The position numbers and the translations under genes were made by a program. From Octopus vulgaris (taxonomy: Eukaryota): DNA of 64,000 bases. The notes beneath the pieces were generated by a model. It made no database searches and was not told where the DNA came from. It saw nothing but the letters and a program-made list of their open reading frames with translations. Positions 26,081 to 39,849 of the stretch are shown one piece after another (the first letter of the stretch is position 1; each line of letters starts with the position of its first letter). The stretch lies in contig OX597823.1 of the NCBI GenBank assembly GCA_951406725.2, forward strand, positions 116,250,001 to 116,314,000, given 5' to 3'.

Positions 26081-27848
26081 TTTGTTTGGTCATGTTTTCT
26101 GGGTGTATTGCAATGGTTGAAATGTTTAAAACATGATGTTGTAACACAACCAAGTGTTTTTAGATTCATCATTAGTTTTTAGGAAAATAGACATTTCTAT
26201 TTTGTATTGAATAATTTTGTGCTAATATTTCTCTCGCTGCAGTTTTGTGTGTATGTTTGATGAATGACAGCACGGATATCGATTATTCTCTCGCTTCACC
26301 CTCACTCCACACCAACGTCACTCTTAAACATAAAGACTTTGATATACAAGAGATTAATCACTAACATTCATAGGTGTACTAATATAAAATTTATATCAAC
26401 AGTATGAATAACTAATCTTATCTTGTGGCTTGTTTATAATTCCAGTGTTATTACATTTGTAGACTGTTACAATTTTTCTAATAAATATTCATTAAACTTT
26501 AATCTGTTGTGTTTTGTATTCTGTTTTGCTATGAATGAAATTTATTTTTTATTGAGCTGATTCTGACAGAGATTCTCATTGGTATATAATAACCATTACC
26601 AAATTACAGTTATGAAACAGCAATGATTGAAATATTGTATTATTTACTGTTAGAGTCTTTTAAAATAGTTAAGTATTTATCCAGTTTGGGTTTATAGTCT
26701 TCCTTAATCATTAAACTGTTTATCAATCAGTATTAGATGCTAATTTTGTTCTCATTATTGAACTAGGGGAAAACCAGCATTTATTGTTTTAAATAAATAA
26801 ATAAATAAACCAAATTGAGTGAAGAATTTGGAATAGTGTACCAAAAATCATAGCACTTTAAATGCTGGAAATCAATAGAACCATCTCAAATATGAATAAA
26901 ACATGGTTGCATTCTAAAAATATTGATACATTAATTTTTCGCTGCATTCTGTTTCAGACTGTTGCCAACTATTGTAGAGCGAAGTCATCAATGTAGTACC
27001 ACATTAGTAGAGTGAATTGCTGTATGGCGGCAGAGTGGTGACTTTTAACAGTAGCTGGTTTGTTGTCTGTACTTATGTAGCAATTATAATTTTACTGTGG
27101 CAGACTTTGGATATGTTTTTGACATAATTTCCATCAAAACAAACAGTATTTTCCCCTCCTCTGTTTTACAATGTTTGGTTGGTTTTTACAGGGTGGGATG
27201 CTTTAATCTATTTGCATTAAGATTTTTATCGATAAAATTGCTTTATAAATCTATATCTCTGGCCTTTGATCTCTTTTAGAAATACAATAGCCAAAAATAA
27301 ATAAATAAACACAGCAATAAAAAGGAGGAAAATAGAGAATATAAAAACAAGGAACAAAATCACTACTTCATTATTAGATAGAGGAATAATCACCTATCTT
27401 TGGTGCCGCTGATGCATCAACAGTTTTGATATTTGAAGTACTTTTATGAAGAATCAAAATACTATCTCAAATTTCTATATATTTCTCTTATTTTTTTCTT
27501 GCTTTTTAATTTTCACCTTCAAAGAAAATTACAAAATAAAGTAATTGTATTCATCAACTACAACAAAAAAGAAAAGCTCGTATTTTATTTCTATTGATTT
27601 CTAATCCCTTTTTAACTAGATTTAAACACATAATAGCTTTCATTTTTGAAATAACTGTACTTAATTATTAGTCATAATAGCAATACAAATGTATTGTGCA
27701 TTGTGTACACAGAATAGTGATGGTGTTGTGGCTGCTGGTGCTGCTGTAATAAACACTGACAAACAACATATAGTTTCAGTCCCTTTTTTTATTGGGGTTC
27801 ATTACAGAAATGGCAACAGTAACATACAGAACATTCTTCAAACAATCA

Positions 27849-27880
<32 letters not shown>

Positions 27881-27969
27881 ATAAATATTGACCTTTTAAT
27901 TAATCAGTAATTAGACTCCATGCCAGGTCCCCCAGTCTGAAATGAAAGATGTAACCAATAGGGGCTCAG

Positions 27970-28170
27970 CCCTTTAGTATTCAGTTTACTCCGTCAAATG
28001 CAGTGCTTATTTATTGACATTATTTCCAATTAGTCATGCATTATCTCGTAATTTTAAGATTTTGATATTTTTAGGATGACATTGTTGGGTTTGTGTGAGA
28101 GGCCAGATGTAGCTGGTTTGAACATAAAACAGAATACATCGGCTGAATATGGCTGGTTTAGGTGCTTAAG
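27970..28170. mobile_element. piggyBac-like MITE, degenerate
   Basis: ccctttagtattcag left end. Homologous to 62337-62543. Confidence 0.65.
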
Positions 28171-28659
28171 TAACCTGCAAGACAAGACCCCTTAACTGAG
28201 GCAGGTGTTGTCCCTCAGGGACAGAAAAAGGTGCTTTGCAGTAGAGGAGAAGCACAACTATCTCAGTTGGAGAAAGAGAGAGAAGATGGTGAAAATGTGA
28301 GGGGCAGGATTAAGGGAATCGGCAGGGATTGGAGATGGTGAGTGGGTGAGTAAATTCCTGAGATTACAAAAGGATGGTGGGTCTTGAAGCAAGGAGGGAG
28401 TGTTGGGTGGGCACAAGTAGGGGAAATGGGTATTTTGAGGATATAAAGTGGGGAAGAAACTCAAAGGGGACAAATTGTGTGCAGGTATGTTTGTGAGAGA
28501 GAGTGGAAGATAGAAGGGAGTGGAACCCAACAGATAGTGAGCACAGGTGGGAGGAAAGCTTGTTAGGGAGGTGCTTGCCAGGGGACAGATAGTATGTGTG
28601 CTTGATGGAGCGTAGACATAAAGGACATGCTTTTATGGCCTCACTTTTACTAAGCTAAT

Positions 28660-28780
28660 GGGTCTTCTCAAGTGCAGCAAATCACCAATCATTTGGTCCT
28701 TTGTCATTTCTTCTTTGAGGCTCAGCAGAGAAGATCATTTTTCACCACTTGTCCCACATTCTTCTGAGTCTTCCTATTAC
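28660..28780 (-). mobile_element. RTE ORF C-terminal fragment
   Basis: Homologous to 19300-19430. Confidence 0.65.
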
Positions 28781-28811
28781 ACACACACACACAGACACAC
28801 AGACACACAAA

Positions 28812-29120
28812 GGTAAGGGGTAAAGACCCCCTTCAGTCATGAATGACCATGGGATTGTACCTAGAAAGTTCCTCTCCAAGGCACAAGTCTAGGCAAGGCT
28901 TTTATGGAAAACCAGCAGTCACCCATGCATACCGGCCTCCCCTCTCCACACCATCGATGTTATCCAAGAGAAAGGCTAAAAGCCAATACAGCTTGGCACC
29001 AGTGACGTCGCAACTCATTTCTACAGCTGAGTGAACTGGAGCAAAGTGAAATAAAGTGTCTTGCTCAAGAACACAACACAGCCTGGTCCAGGAATTGAAC
29101 TCACTACCTCATGATTGTGA
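28812..29120 (-). mobile_element. SINE family E
   Basis: Collinear with 13001-13310. Confidence 0.85.
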
Positions 29121-30668
29121 ATATACAGACACACACTACTGTAAATACATTCTAAAGGTGTGTATATATAGTATTATAAGTATTTTTTTTCTTCTTTCTC
29201 TCTCTTTTCTTCCTTTCCTTCTTTTTCTTTAACACAACTTTCAGATACAAAAACACACACATGCACACACACACACACACTCATGCTCTCTCTCACTTTC
29301 TCCCCATTCATCACCCTTTTGTACTATCTTATATCTCTCCCCACCACTACACACTCAATACTACTATAAAAAGAGTCAAAATTCCTGCAAGAACTTAGTT
29401 CAATTTGATGACTCCACTAGAATGGATGAAAGCACTGATATATGATATATGATGTATAAAAACATGTAATATACAAATAAATATCTGTAAATATAAAACC
29501 ATCTGAATTTCTGAGTACCTCATTTCTTCTAATATAAAATTCCTGTAGATCATCTCCAAACCTTCTAATATAATAGTATTATAAATATACACTTCAAAAA
29601 TGGAGGTTATTTGATTTTGCAATTTATTCTATCAATTTCAATTTTGACTTCACAAGTGATTTTAGTTCAGGAGAATTTGTCATACTGCTCTCTAGGGTAC
29701 TGGATCATAGATTTAGATCACCAGGAACTTCTCTGTACCTTGAAGAAATTACCAAGCTGTTGATAAAGAAGGATCTTAATGATTTAAGTGAGATGATGAT
29801 GGTAGAGTAGTTGATAACAACTGTAAATAAAAGCAACAGAATTGATTTAATAACAAAAAATATACATCAAACAAACGATAAAACTAAATTGATGAAACTA
29901 CAATAAAATAGAATGATAGCTCCCCTGTAAATAATGGAGTTGTTAAACATTCTGATTTTGATAATCTGTAGGGGCTTTTACCATCTTCAGTTCCTCAACA
30001 TGAATAAATAGAATTATCTCAACTCATAAGATCTAATTCAGCTTCAATTTACATAATGTGCTATTGCTACTTTTACTGGTCTCTTGTGAAATAAATGTTC
30101 TTTATTCCATTTTGCAACATTTTCAATATAAATTGAAATTTTTAAATCTATCAATGGAATCTTCCCTTGCTATTGTTTTTGTTTTTTTCTCCATATATAT
30201 TTTTGTTTGTTGTTTTAATTCCTCTCTGGTGATAATTGTGTGTTTCAATACTAGAATTGTATCCATTATTGGGGACATAATATGAACTAGGTGTAACCTT
30301 ATTGACAACCAAGGATATCATCCGTTTCTATTCCACAGTTCAAAACATTTCACTTCGTTTACATTGCTAAATTCCATTGAGATCAATGTTGAAGATGAAA
30401 GTACAGAATGCTATAGGGTTAACAGTACAACCCAGTTTCAATTCCCGATGCCAGCAATTTCACAGTGCATACATCATCATTATTACCTCTGAGAAAGGCA
30501 TAAAATATCGCATAATTTCATTTTGCTTCCCTTCTGTTAATGTGAGATGTTCTATCTCCAGATTAAAATAAATTTAGTGTGTGTTGTCAGCTATTAATAT
30601 TGCTGCTGCTTCTGATATTACTACTACTACTAATGACAATGATGATGATGATGATGCAGTGATGATTC

Positions 30669-30703
<35 letters not shown>

Positions 30704-30730
30704 TAATAACAATAATAATAATAATAATAA

Positions 30731-31115
30731 GTGTGGGAGCATCATAGCCGTGTGTTGAAAGGAATTCTTAGAGGTTTGGATAATTCACCGTTGGAAACAT
30801 GAGTGGTTCTCTCAACATCCTTAAGCAATCCTTATTCAGGGACCTTTTGAGCAGGATAGGCTACTCGACCAGAAGAAAATTCTAACTGGGCCTCACCTGC
30901 AAGGTCATGCGCTGTTTATCTTGATATGAGATCACCATGTCGCGCACATATGGTTGTGATGTATGTGCCTGGTGTACCCTTATCAGACGGGTAGTCATGG
31001 TGGGTATACTGGGCTTCGTATATTTTACCCCAGTGTCACTTTGATGGCATGCACTGCTCTTTCACTCAATAATAATAATAATGATGATGATAATAATAAT
31101 AATAATAATAATAAT
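30731..31115 (+). mobile_element. Second (AAT)n-embedded non-LTR 3' end
   Basis: See 20449. (AAT)n on both flanks. Confidence 0.8.
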
Positions 31116-31249
31116 GGCTTCAAATTTTGGCACAAGGACTCTGACAACAGGTTGCTGTCTGCTCTCACAGATTCGACCAGAGCAAGTAAGATTAAGAGTT
31201 TGAGAAATAAAATAGTAACAACAACAACAGCAACAATAACAATAATAAT

Positions 31250-31450
31250 CTTTTCTACTAAAAGTACAAGGCCTGAAGTTTGGTTGGAGAGGACTAGTCG
31301 ATTATGTCGACCCCAGTGTTTTACTGGTACTAAATTTATCGATCCCTGAAAGTCGATCTCCATGAAATTTGAACTCAGACCATAAAGATGTGCAGAATAC
31401 TTTTAAGCATTTCACCCAGTGTGCTAATGGTTCTGCCAGCTCACCACCTT
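31250..31450 (-). mobile_element. SINE family A, short variant
   Basis: Reverse-complement core and head. Confidence 0.75.
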
Positions 31451-31490
31451 ATTACTACTGCTACTACTGATAATAATAAAACATCAATAC

Positions 31491-31655
31491 ATAGGCGTGG
31501 GAGTGGCTGTGTGGTAAGTAGCTTGCTTACCAATCACATGGTTTCGGATTCAGTCCTACTATGAGACACCTCGGAGAAGTGTCTTCTACTATAGCCTCGA
31601 GTCAATCAAAGTCTTGTGAGTGAACTTTGTAGACGGAAACTGAAAAAAGCCCATC

Positions 31656-31688
<33 letters not shown>

Positions 31689-31903
31689 CATGTGTGTGTG
31701 TATTTGTGTGTCTGTTTGTCCCCCATCAACGCATGACAACCAATGTTGGTGCGTTTACGTTCCCATAAATTGGCGGTTCACAGATCAATAGAATAAGTAC
31801 TATGCTTATAAAGAATAAGTCTTGGGGTCAATTTGTTCGACTAAAGGCGGTGCTCCAGCATGACCACAGTCAAATGACTGAAACGTGTAAAAGAATAAAA
31901 GAA
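31491..31903 (+). mobile_element. SINE family B
   Basis: Head, microsatellite and tail present. Confidence 0.9.
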
Positions 31904-33019
31904 TATACCAACCTGTTTTAATATATAACTCAAGTATATATATTCTTTTCTCTTATCAGTTTCAGCCACTAAACTATGAAATAATTCTCAGTATTTTAGG
32001 TTGGATTATTTCTGCTACTTTTAATCCATATAAAAATACTTTACCAGTTTTTGATTGTTGCTGTTGTTGTTGTTAAGCAACAAGATGGGTAAGAGTGATT
32101 AGATGATGGTCTAGGGCTTAGGGGTGGGAGACCCCAGACCTTGGAAGAAAAAAAAACTTTGGTTGCCTTGTTGTAGTCGTTGACGCCCCACACCACTGGG
32201 AGGTTGCCCTCAAAGTTGCCGGAAATGGAGATCTCCAGGTCCAAATTCTCAGATGGCTGTTGCTGTTGTTCTGATCACTTGTTTGTGTTAATTTATTTTA
32301 GTTAAATTACTGGACAAGTGAAGATAAAGTCTAGATTTCAGACTTCTTTTCTGTTGCATCATTCATGTCCATGGACAACACACATGTAGCTATGCTCATT
32401 TTATGGCAATGCTAAGAAATCTCGCCCCAAATTTCTTGTATCGTGGTTTCCTGTGAAAAAGGAATCTAAAAAGTGACATAAGACAATCTTTCAGAAACTT
32501 TCCCATTTGTTATGAAATTTTGAAATGGTGCAGCAGTGAATATTGTCTTTGCTTCCATTTGTCTATGAACACAGTGGCAGCACTCTAGGTGTCACTTCAG
32601 TCTCACTACATTTCTGAAATTCTGCATTTACATCAAGGTAATAAAGAGGCAACCATTGAGGACATGCTAGAAATGACAGCCAAATATCCCTCAGATAACA
32701 CCCTAACATCTTGGGCAAATAGAAGGACACACTGGTTAATATTGCTTTGACCGAGGCTAGAACTACAACATTGTAATCTTTCATAAATATCACATGTGGA
32801 AAGTGAGAAACGTGATTCCTTTTGTTATTTTCGTCTTCTGCCTCATCTTTGTTTTAAATTCCACTTCCATCACTTTGTTTTATCTTAAATGTTCTTCTAA
32901 ATATCTTGACCACTGTCTAGGAGGGTAAAATGTCACCAGCCTATCATGGAGACAGTGTGATAATAACATAGTACAAGGGGGAAAATGAGAACAGTATAGC
33001 TATGGTTATTATAGTGGTT

Positions 33020-33248
33020 CAAGCTGGCAGAAACGTTAGCACGCCGAGAGAAATGTTTTGTGGTATTTCGTCCGCCACTACGTTCTGAGTTCAAATTCTG
33101 CCGAGGTTGACTTTGCCTTTCATCTTTTTGGAGGCGATTAAATAAGTACCAGTTATGCACTGGGGTCGATATAATAAACTTAACCCATTTGTCTGTCCTT
33201 GTTTGTCTTCTCTGTGTTTAGCCCCTTGTGGGTAGTAAAGAAATAGGT
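33020..33248 (+). mobile_element. SINE family A monomer
   Basis: TSD ggttattatagtggt. Confidence 0.9.
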
Positions 33249-33559
33249 TATTATAGTGGTACATAATTACCGAGGTGATTACTAGAGTGATTACAGTGAT
33301 GTGTAACTGCTGTATATTGATGACGAAATTAATAATCAGCATCATCCAAAGAGAACTAACCATGATGGCCAGCCTTTGTGTATCGCTGTGAGTATTTCAC
33401 CTTAAGTGAAGCACAATGTAATGTTTCCAGTAAAACAGTCATAGGTAAACTGTCTGAACACAACATGATTTTTCCAAAGATTTCATCATAAAAGCACTGT
33501 AGTAGGAGTTCATACAGCACTATGTGGATCATCCCTCTCTTTGGACTTTACTCTCTCTC

Positions 33560-33960
33560 TCTCTTTTACTCTTTTGCTTCTTTCAATCATTTGATTGCGG
33601 CCATGCTGGAGCACCGCCTTTAGTCGAGCAAATCGATCCCAGGACTTATTCTTTGTAATCCTAGCACTTATTCTATCAGTTTCTTTTGCTGAACCACTAA
33701 GTTACGGGGACATAAACACACCAGCATCGGTTGCCAAGCAATTTGGGGGGGACAAACACCGACACACAAACACACACACATACATATATATACATATACA
33801 TATATACGACAGGCTTCTTTCAGTTTCCGTCTACCAAATCCACTCACAAGGTTTTGGTCAGCCGAGGCTATAGTAGAAGACACTTGCCCAAGGTGCCACG
33901 AAGTGGGACTGAACCTGGAACCATGTGGTTCGTAAGCAAGTTACTTACCACACAGCTACT
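33560..33960 (-). mobile_element. SINE family B
   Basis: Reverse complement of the 19536 copy. Confidence 0.9.
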
Positions 33961-35250
33961 GCAATTCTTTGGATCATCCACATCTTTACATCATCTGGCA
34001 CTGTGGTAACATCGACAATGCTGTATCAACCAGAAGCATGGATCATTCTGCACCATACTTTACCTTTAGAAAGCCAGGCTGACTAGAAACCTTCTGAACA
34101 ATGATCCTTTTACTATTCAACATAATGGGAAAGCAACTGCTATGTGGTGAAGCAAAATATTATGAAACAGGAATGCTTATTTATTCCAGTTCTCTTTAAT
34201 GAAGTATTCTATGCTAGTTTGCATCTGAAGATGAACATTTATATAATGTGCTGTGTAGATAGTTCAGTGTGTGATCTGTTCAGCTTTCAGCAATGACTAG
34301 GATGTTGGCAAAGCTCATTCCTGAAATACTTTGATGCATTAACAGAGCCACTTCCAACTTGTTACATGCTAATTGTCCAAAGCCACATCTATAGAATTTG
34401 GTTTACTATATATATATATGTATGACTTCAAAGGTTGCATTTTATGGTCACATGTGCATCAAATGAATGGTGCAGTTTTAAACACCACACACACACACAC
34501 ACACAAGTCAGTATTTTAGATATAGAATCAAGACCATATCACCAAACAGGAAGTCCTTCAGGCAGCTGGTTGGAGTTAAAAGACATATACAACACGTGCT
34601 AATTAGGAGGGAAGCAAAAATCTCTGATGGCAATCTCTGACAAGTACTCATGTCTGGATGAGAAAGCTATCATATAATTACATCAACTCATGTTAAAAAA
34701 TACCTTTAAATCAGTTTATAAAATGTCTCATTTCCCCAACGACATGCTGTAGTCAAGGGTATTTTAACAGTATTAGAAACCCCTGAATGAAGCAATGCAC
34801 TGAGGTCTCAACATATACAACCACAACATACATAGATTAGCATCTGACCCCAAGATCCATGGCCCTCATCCAAGCAAATGATTAGTGTGTCCAGGCCTTT
34901 AAGTGGCACTATTGGTAAATATTTATACATTGATCTAGTAAATATATTGTCACAGAGGTTTTCCTGGTTGTTCAAAACATCTATGCTTTGAACCTTTTTA
35001 TAGTCCACTTTATACTGATAATAATTAAAAGAAAAACTCAGCTTGGTTATCAAAAGTATATGTTTAGTATGCTTGTCCTTTTGTATTATAATTTTAGTAT
35101 CACAGTGTCCTTTTGGGGAGTAAGGCCTTTGTTTTATAGGAATTGTTTTGTAACTGTAAGTTAGTACTAACTGTTTAATTTGATCTTGCTTATTGTAATA
35201 AGCAGATGTTGGCATAATGAACCTGCTATGCTAATGTTTTGCTTCTGCTG

Positions 35251-35468
35251 AGGGTGGCAAGCTGGTAGAAACGTTAGCATGCCAGGCGAAATGCTTAGTG
35301 GTATTTCATCTGTCTTTACATTCTGAGTTCAAATTCCGCCAAGGTCAGCTTTGCCTTTCATCCTTTCAGGATCGATAAATTAAGTACCAGTTGCATACTG
35401 GGGTCGATCAAATCGACTGGCCCCTTCCCTAAAGATTTCGGGCCTTGTTCGTAGGGTAGAAAAGATTA
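35251..35468 (+). mobile_element. SINE family A, short variant
   Basis: Head and core present. Confidence 0.88.
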
Positions 35469-35797
35469 TTATTGATTTCCAGATAATTTTTAACGTTTTT
35501 TTTAACACTGTTGACACCATCAGATTGAATGTTACTGCCCAAGTGTCAAAACCATAATGATATCTGTTTGGCAGATGATGATGAGAATACATATTTGTTA
35601 TGCTTGTTTGTGAACTTTTTTAATGTCATAGTCTCCTTATTCTAGCAAAATGGGAAGTATTTGTAGACTCCTGGTTCATGGGGAGTTTTCTTACTCTGAT
35701 ATTGGTTGTTCATCTTTGTAGATAATATTCAGCTTGGATCATGCTTAGATATCGGTGTCTAGTTTGGGGAGATTCAGTAGCATTTAACTGATATACA

Positions 35798-36110
35798 GTG
35801 GAGGCACATGGTCTAGTGGTTAGAGCAGCGAACTCGCAGTCGAGCGATCGCAGGTTCGAATCTCAGACTGGGCGATTTGTGTGTTTATGGGCGAAACACC
35901 TAAGCTCTACACGGCTCTGGCAGAAGATAATGGTGAAACTTCTGCTGACTCTTTCACCACAACTTTCTCGCACTCTTTCCTCCTGCATCTTGCAGCTCAC
36001 CTGCGATGTACTGGCGTCCTGTCCAGGTGGGGAACCTATATGCCAAGAAACCGGGAAACCAGCCTTTATGAGCCAGGTATGGCTCGAGAAGGAACAAAAA
36101 CAAAAAAAAA
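35798..36110 (+). mobile_element. tRNA-derived SINE family D
   Basis: A box tggtctagtgg, B box ggttcgaatct, ctgcgatgtactggcgtcctgtccagg segment and A-rich tail. Confidence 0.88.
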
Positions 36111-37660
36111 ATTGATATACTCAGGTTCAGCCTTAAATAAATTTGCTTATTTACCTAATCCCTAAAAATATTGTAGTAGGGAAAGAAAATGCTTGTCAAT
36201 TTCCTGTCTGAGTTATGAAACTCCAGATTTGATGTAAGTCATTTAGTATAGCTTTGTGTTCTGTAACACACAGAATTGAATAATTTATTTTTTAAGCATA
36301 GCAGCAAAATTCAAAACTTACAAACAATTGCTTTGCTATTTTATTCTTATCTATTTAATTATTGTAAATATTGAAATTTATTTACTTTATTGATATATGA
36401 ATAATTATCTATCATTCTTTGGTCTCAATAAAGTTGTAGATTCATCTTATTCAAACATATACTAATTTCCTATTTTTGTGCAACTGTTGAGTTCATTGCT
36501 TCTAATTCCTCAAAGACCTCTCTGTTTCTTTGTGAATTTGTTTTCAATTTAAAAGATATTTGTCTTTCAGCAACGATGCTAAAATATAGTAAATTCCCAC
36601 AAGCTGCAGTTCAATATTATAAACTGCACTCCTTCTAATCTAATATATGTAAATTAAAACTTCCTTCAACAAATTTCATATGAGACCTGATAAAATACTC
36701 TCACAAAAGTTACCTAATTTAAATTTATAAGCTACTTGGAAGATAAAGAACTGGCATAAAGTTATAAACTTTGAAGATAAAAAAAATAAAATTAATGTGT
36801 TAATTTGTTATAAGGAGTGAAAAGAAATACTCATCAGGAGTGACATAAACTTATCTAAACTTTTGCAAAATGTTTCTGGAGTTGATAATAATATTTAAAT
36901 ATATTCCTCTCTTTAACAATAGACATGAATTCTTCTGTTGGTTGTTTTAAAATACCCACCATCAATAGTATTATAATTGACATATTCTACATATCTTTAT
37001 ATGAATTGTTTCCACGGCAGTTTTCTTGTTTTAATTTGCTTTTTCTTTTTCTTCTATCTCTGCATTGCTTTAGCTCTTATCTGAATTATTGATATGGAAA
37101 GACACGACCACATTGTTTATGCATTGAAACTAATTCTATTATAGCATCTTTGTCTCATCTTTGTATGACGAATGTCATAAGCTGCAGTTGTTGTAGTTAT
37201 GAATATTTTAAGCATCATCCTAGCACAAGGTGAGTTCCATGTAAGAATCAGTGAAACATAAAACAACACTTTCAAGCGTTGATTGAAATGACCTGTAATA
37301 TGTTATTTGACACAAGGTGGGACAGACTTTGAAACAGAGGCAGTGTAAACACAATAGAACATAGAATATTCCTCATTGCTAATAGTGAGTGACAGTTGTA
37401 AGCAAATAAGTCTGTCTAATAAGGGATTGCGGTTCCTGCCAACTATGAATCATGGGATTTGAAGCTTATTACTGAATATTGAAACACATTTAACTTATTA
37501 CTGTAGAGTTTATATTCTTTGTGATATAGATTCTTCAACTGTGGAAAAAGTGGTCCAACTTGTAGACTGAAGTAAAAGATTGTCAAACATGGAATGGAAT
37601 TAGGTTAATAGATGTCTGCTGAAGTAACTTTATTACTGAAGCACCTACAATATCAGAAAT

Positions 37661-37965
37661 GTGGAGGCACATGGCCAAGTGGTTAGAGCAGCGGACTCGT
37701 GGTTGAGGGATCGCGGGTTTGAATCTCATACCGGGCGATGTGTGTGTTTATGAGAAAAACACCTAAGCTCCACGCGGCTCTGGCAGAAGGTAACGGCAAA
37801 CTTCTGCTGACTCTTTCGCCACAACTTTCTCGCACTCTTTCCTCCTGCATCTTGCAGCTCACATGCGACGGACCGGCGTCCCGTCCAGGTGGGGAACCTA
37901 TACTCCAAGAAACTGGGAAACCGGCCCTTATGAGCCAGGCATGGCTCGAGAAGGAATAAACAACA
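37661..37965 (+). mobile_element. tRNA-derived SINE family D
   Basis: Exact 14-bp TSD acaatatcagaaat and (CAA)n tail. Confidence 0.92.
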
Positions 37966-38484
37966 ACAATATCAGAAATAGAAATAGTTTGTCATCTAAC
38001 TACAGAATACAGTGTTAATTTGGAATTGAACATTGGAAGAAAAATGAAGAATTATGAAATAACCTTATCCTTAGTGTCTTTTTTTTTTGTTCTTCCTCTT
38101 CCATTTGAACAGTTCCTACAAGTGGAATCCAATTTACCTTTTTTGTAAAAGCTGATGTAGAGCAAATGTCAGTTATATACGATGGGGTATATACCAATAT
38201 AGCTACTTCAAAGAAAGTTATCTTAATAGGAATGGAGAAGGTCATTCAATGACTTAGAATCAGCAGCTAAATATCCTTCAAATCACAATTTTATTTATTA
38301 CAGAGACTGGTGTAATAATAAACATAGCTTATAAAACAACATTATATGTGATTTGAACAAAAATAAATAAAACCATCTTTGGGCCTTGTAATAACAACAT
38401 GTCCACAACTTAGATGACGCATTTTTTAACTAGGTTTGATAATATAGGTGGTACGTTTGTTCATTGAGTTTGTAATATTTATTC

Positions 38485-38880
38485 CAAATGTTGGTGCAAG
38501 GTCGTCAATTTCAGTGGGCGGAGAAAGTTGATTGCAGCAATCCCCAGTATTCAACTGGTACTTATTTTATCAACCCTGAAAGGAGGAAAGTCAAAGTCAC
38601 CATCGACAGAATTTGAACTGAGAATACAAAACCAGACAAAATGCCATTAACCATTTTTCCTGATGGGCCAACAATTTTGTCAGCCGACCACCTTAAATAG
38701 GTTTCTAATATTATTCCACATTTTGGTGTAAGACCAGCAATTTCGAGGGGAAAGTGCAAGTCAATTACAGCAGCCTCAGTAATCAACTGGTACTTATTTT
38801 ATAGATCCCCAAAAAGGATGAAAGCCAAAGTCAGCCTCAGCAGAATTTGGACTCAGAACATAAAGACGGATGAAATACCA
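38485..38880 (-). mobile_element. Two degenerate SINE A copies
   Basis: aactggtacttatttt motif occurs twice. Confidence 0.75.
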
Positions 38881-38883
38881 GAT

Positions 38884-39272
38884 AGATGCAGGAGTGGCTG
38901 TGTGGTAAATAACTTACTTACCAGCCACATGGTTCTGGGTTCAGTCCCACTGCATGGCACCTTGGGCAAATGTCTTCTACTATAGCCTCGGGCCAACCAA
39001 CGCCTTGTGAGTGGATTTGGTAGACAGAAACTGAAAGAAGCCCGTCGTATATATATGTATATATATGTGTATGTATATGTTTGTGTGTCTGTGTTAGTCC
39101 CCCCCAACATCACTGGTGTGTTTATGTCCCTGTAACTTAGTGGTTCGGCAAGAGAAACCGATAGAATAAGTACTAGGCTTACAAGAATAAGTTCTGGGGG
39201 CGATTTGTTTGACTAAAGGCGGTGCTCCAGGATGGTCACAGTCAAATGACCGAAACAAGTAAAAGAATAAAG
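38884..39272 (+). mobile_element. SINE family B
   Basis: Head, microsatellite and tail present. Confidence 0.9.
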
Positions 39273-39321
39273 TATTTTGCCCAGCATAATTGAGTTTGTA
39301 ATATTAATATCACATTTGTTA

Positions 39322-39735
39322 CATCATCACCATCATCATCATTTAGCATCTGCTTTTCTTTCTGGTATGGGTTGGATAGTTTAGCTGAAACTGGTAAGCT
39401 GGAGACCTGCACCATGTTCCAATCTGATTTGGCATGGTTTCTACGGCTGGATGCCCTTCCTAACGCCAACCCTTCCAAGAGTGTAATGGGTGCCTTTTAC
39501 ATGCCACCAGCATGGGTACCAAGTTACATGACATCAGCCGCAACTAGGATTTCACTTTGCCTGATGGGTCTTCTAAAGCATGGCATATCACCAAAAGGAC
39601 CTGGTCACTTATCATTGCCTCTGTGAAGCCCAATGTTTGAAGGATACTTTTATGTGCCACCAGCACAGGTGCCTGTTACTCTACACTGGCATTAGTCATG
39701 ACTATGATTTCACTTGGCTTGACGAGTCTTCTCCT
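39322..39735 (-). mobile_element. RTE LINE 3' end (ORF end plus UTR)
   Basis: (CAT)n tail. ORF-end homologue of 19300 lies at 39560-39640. Confidence 0.8.
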
Positions 39736-39849
39736 CTCTTAACCACCAAAATTACATATGTATTGGTTACCTATGATAGTTATTGTGACATGTGTAACCA
39801 ATTCCAATATCAGCAATGATGCAACAGTTTTGCATGACCAGCCCCAGAC

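Noticed and set aside
34808-35215. 135-aa ORF, possible pogo relic
   Set aside because: No convincing motif or termini seen.
35798-35870. tRNA gene
   Set aside because: tRNA-like A/B boxes continue into a repeated SINE body with tail and TSD.
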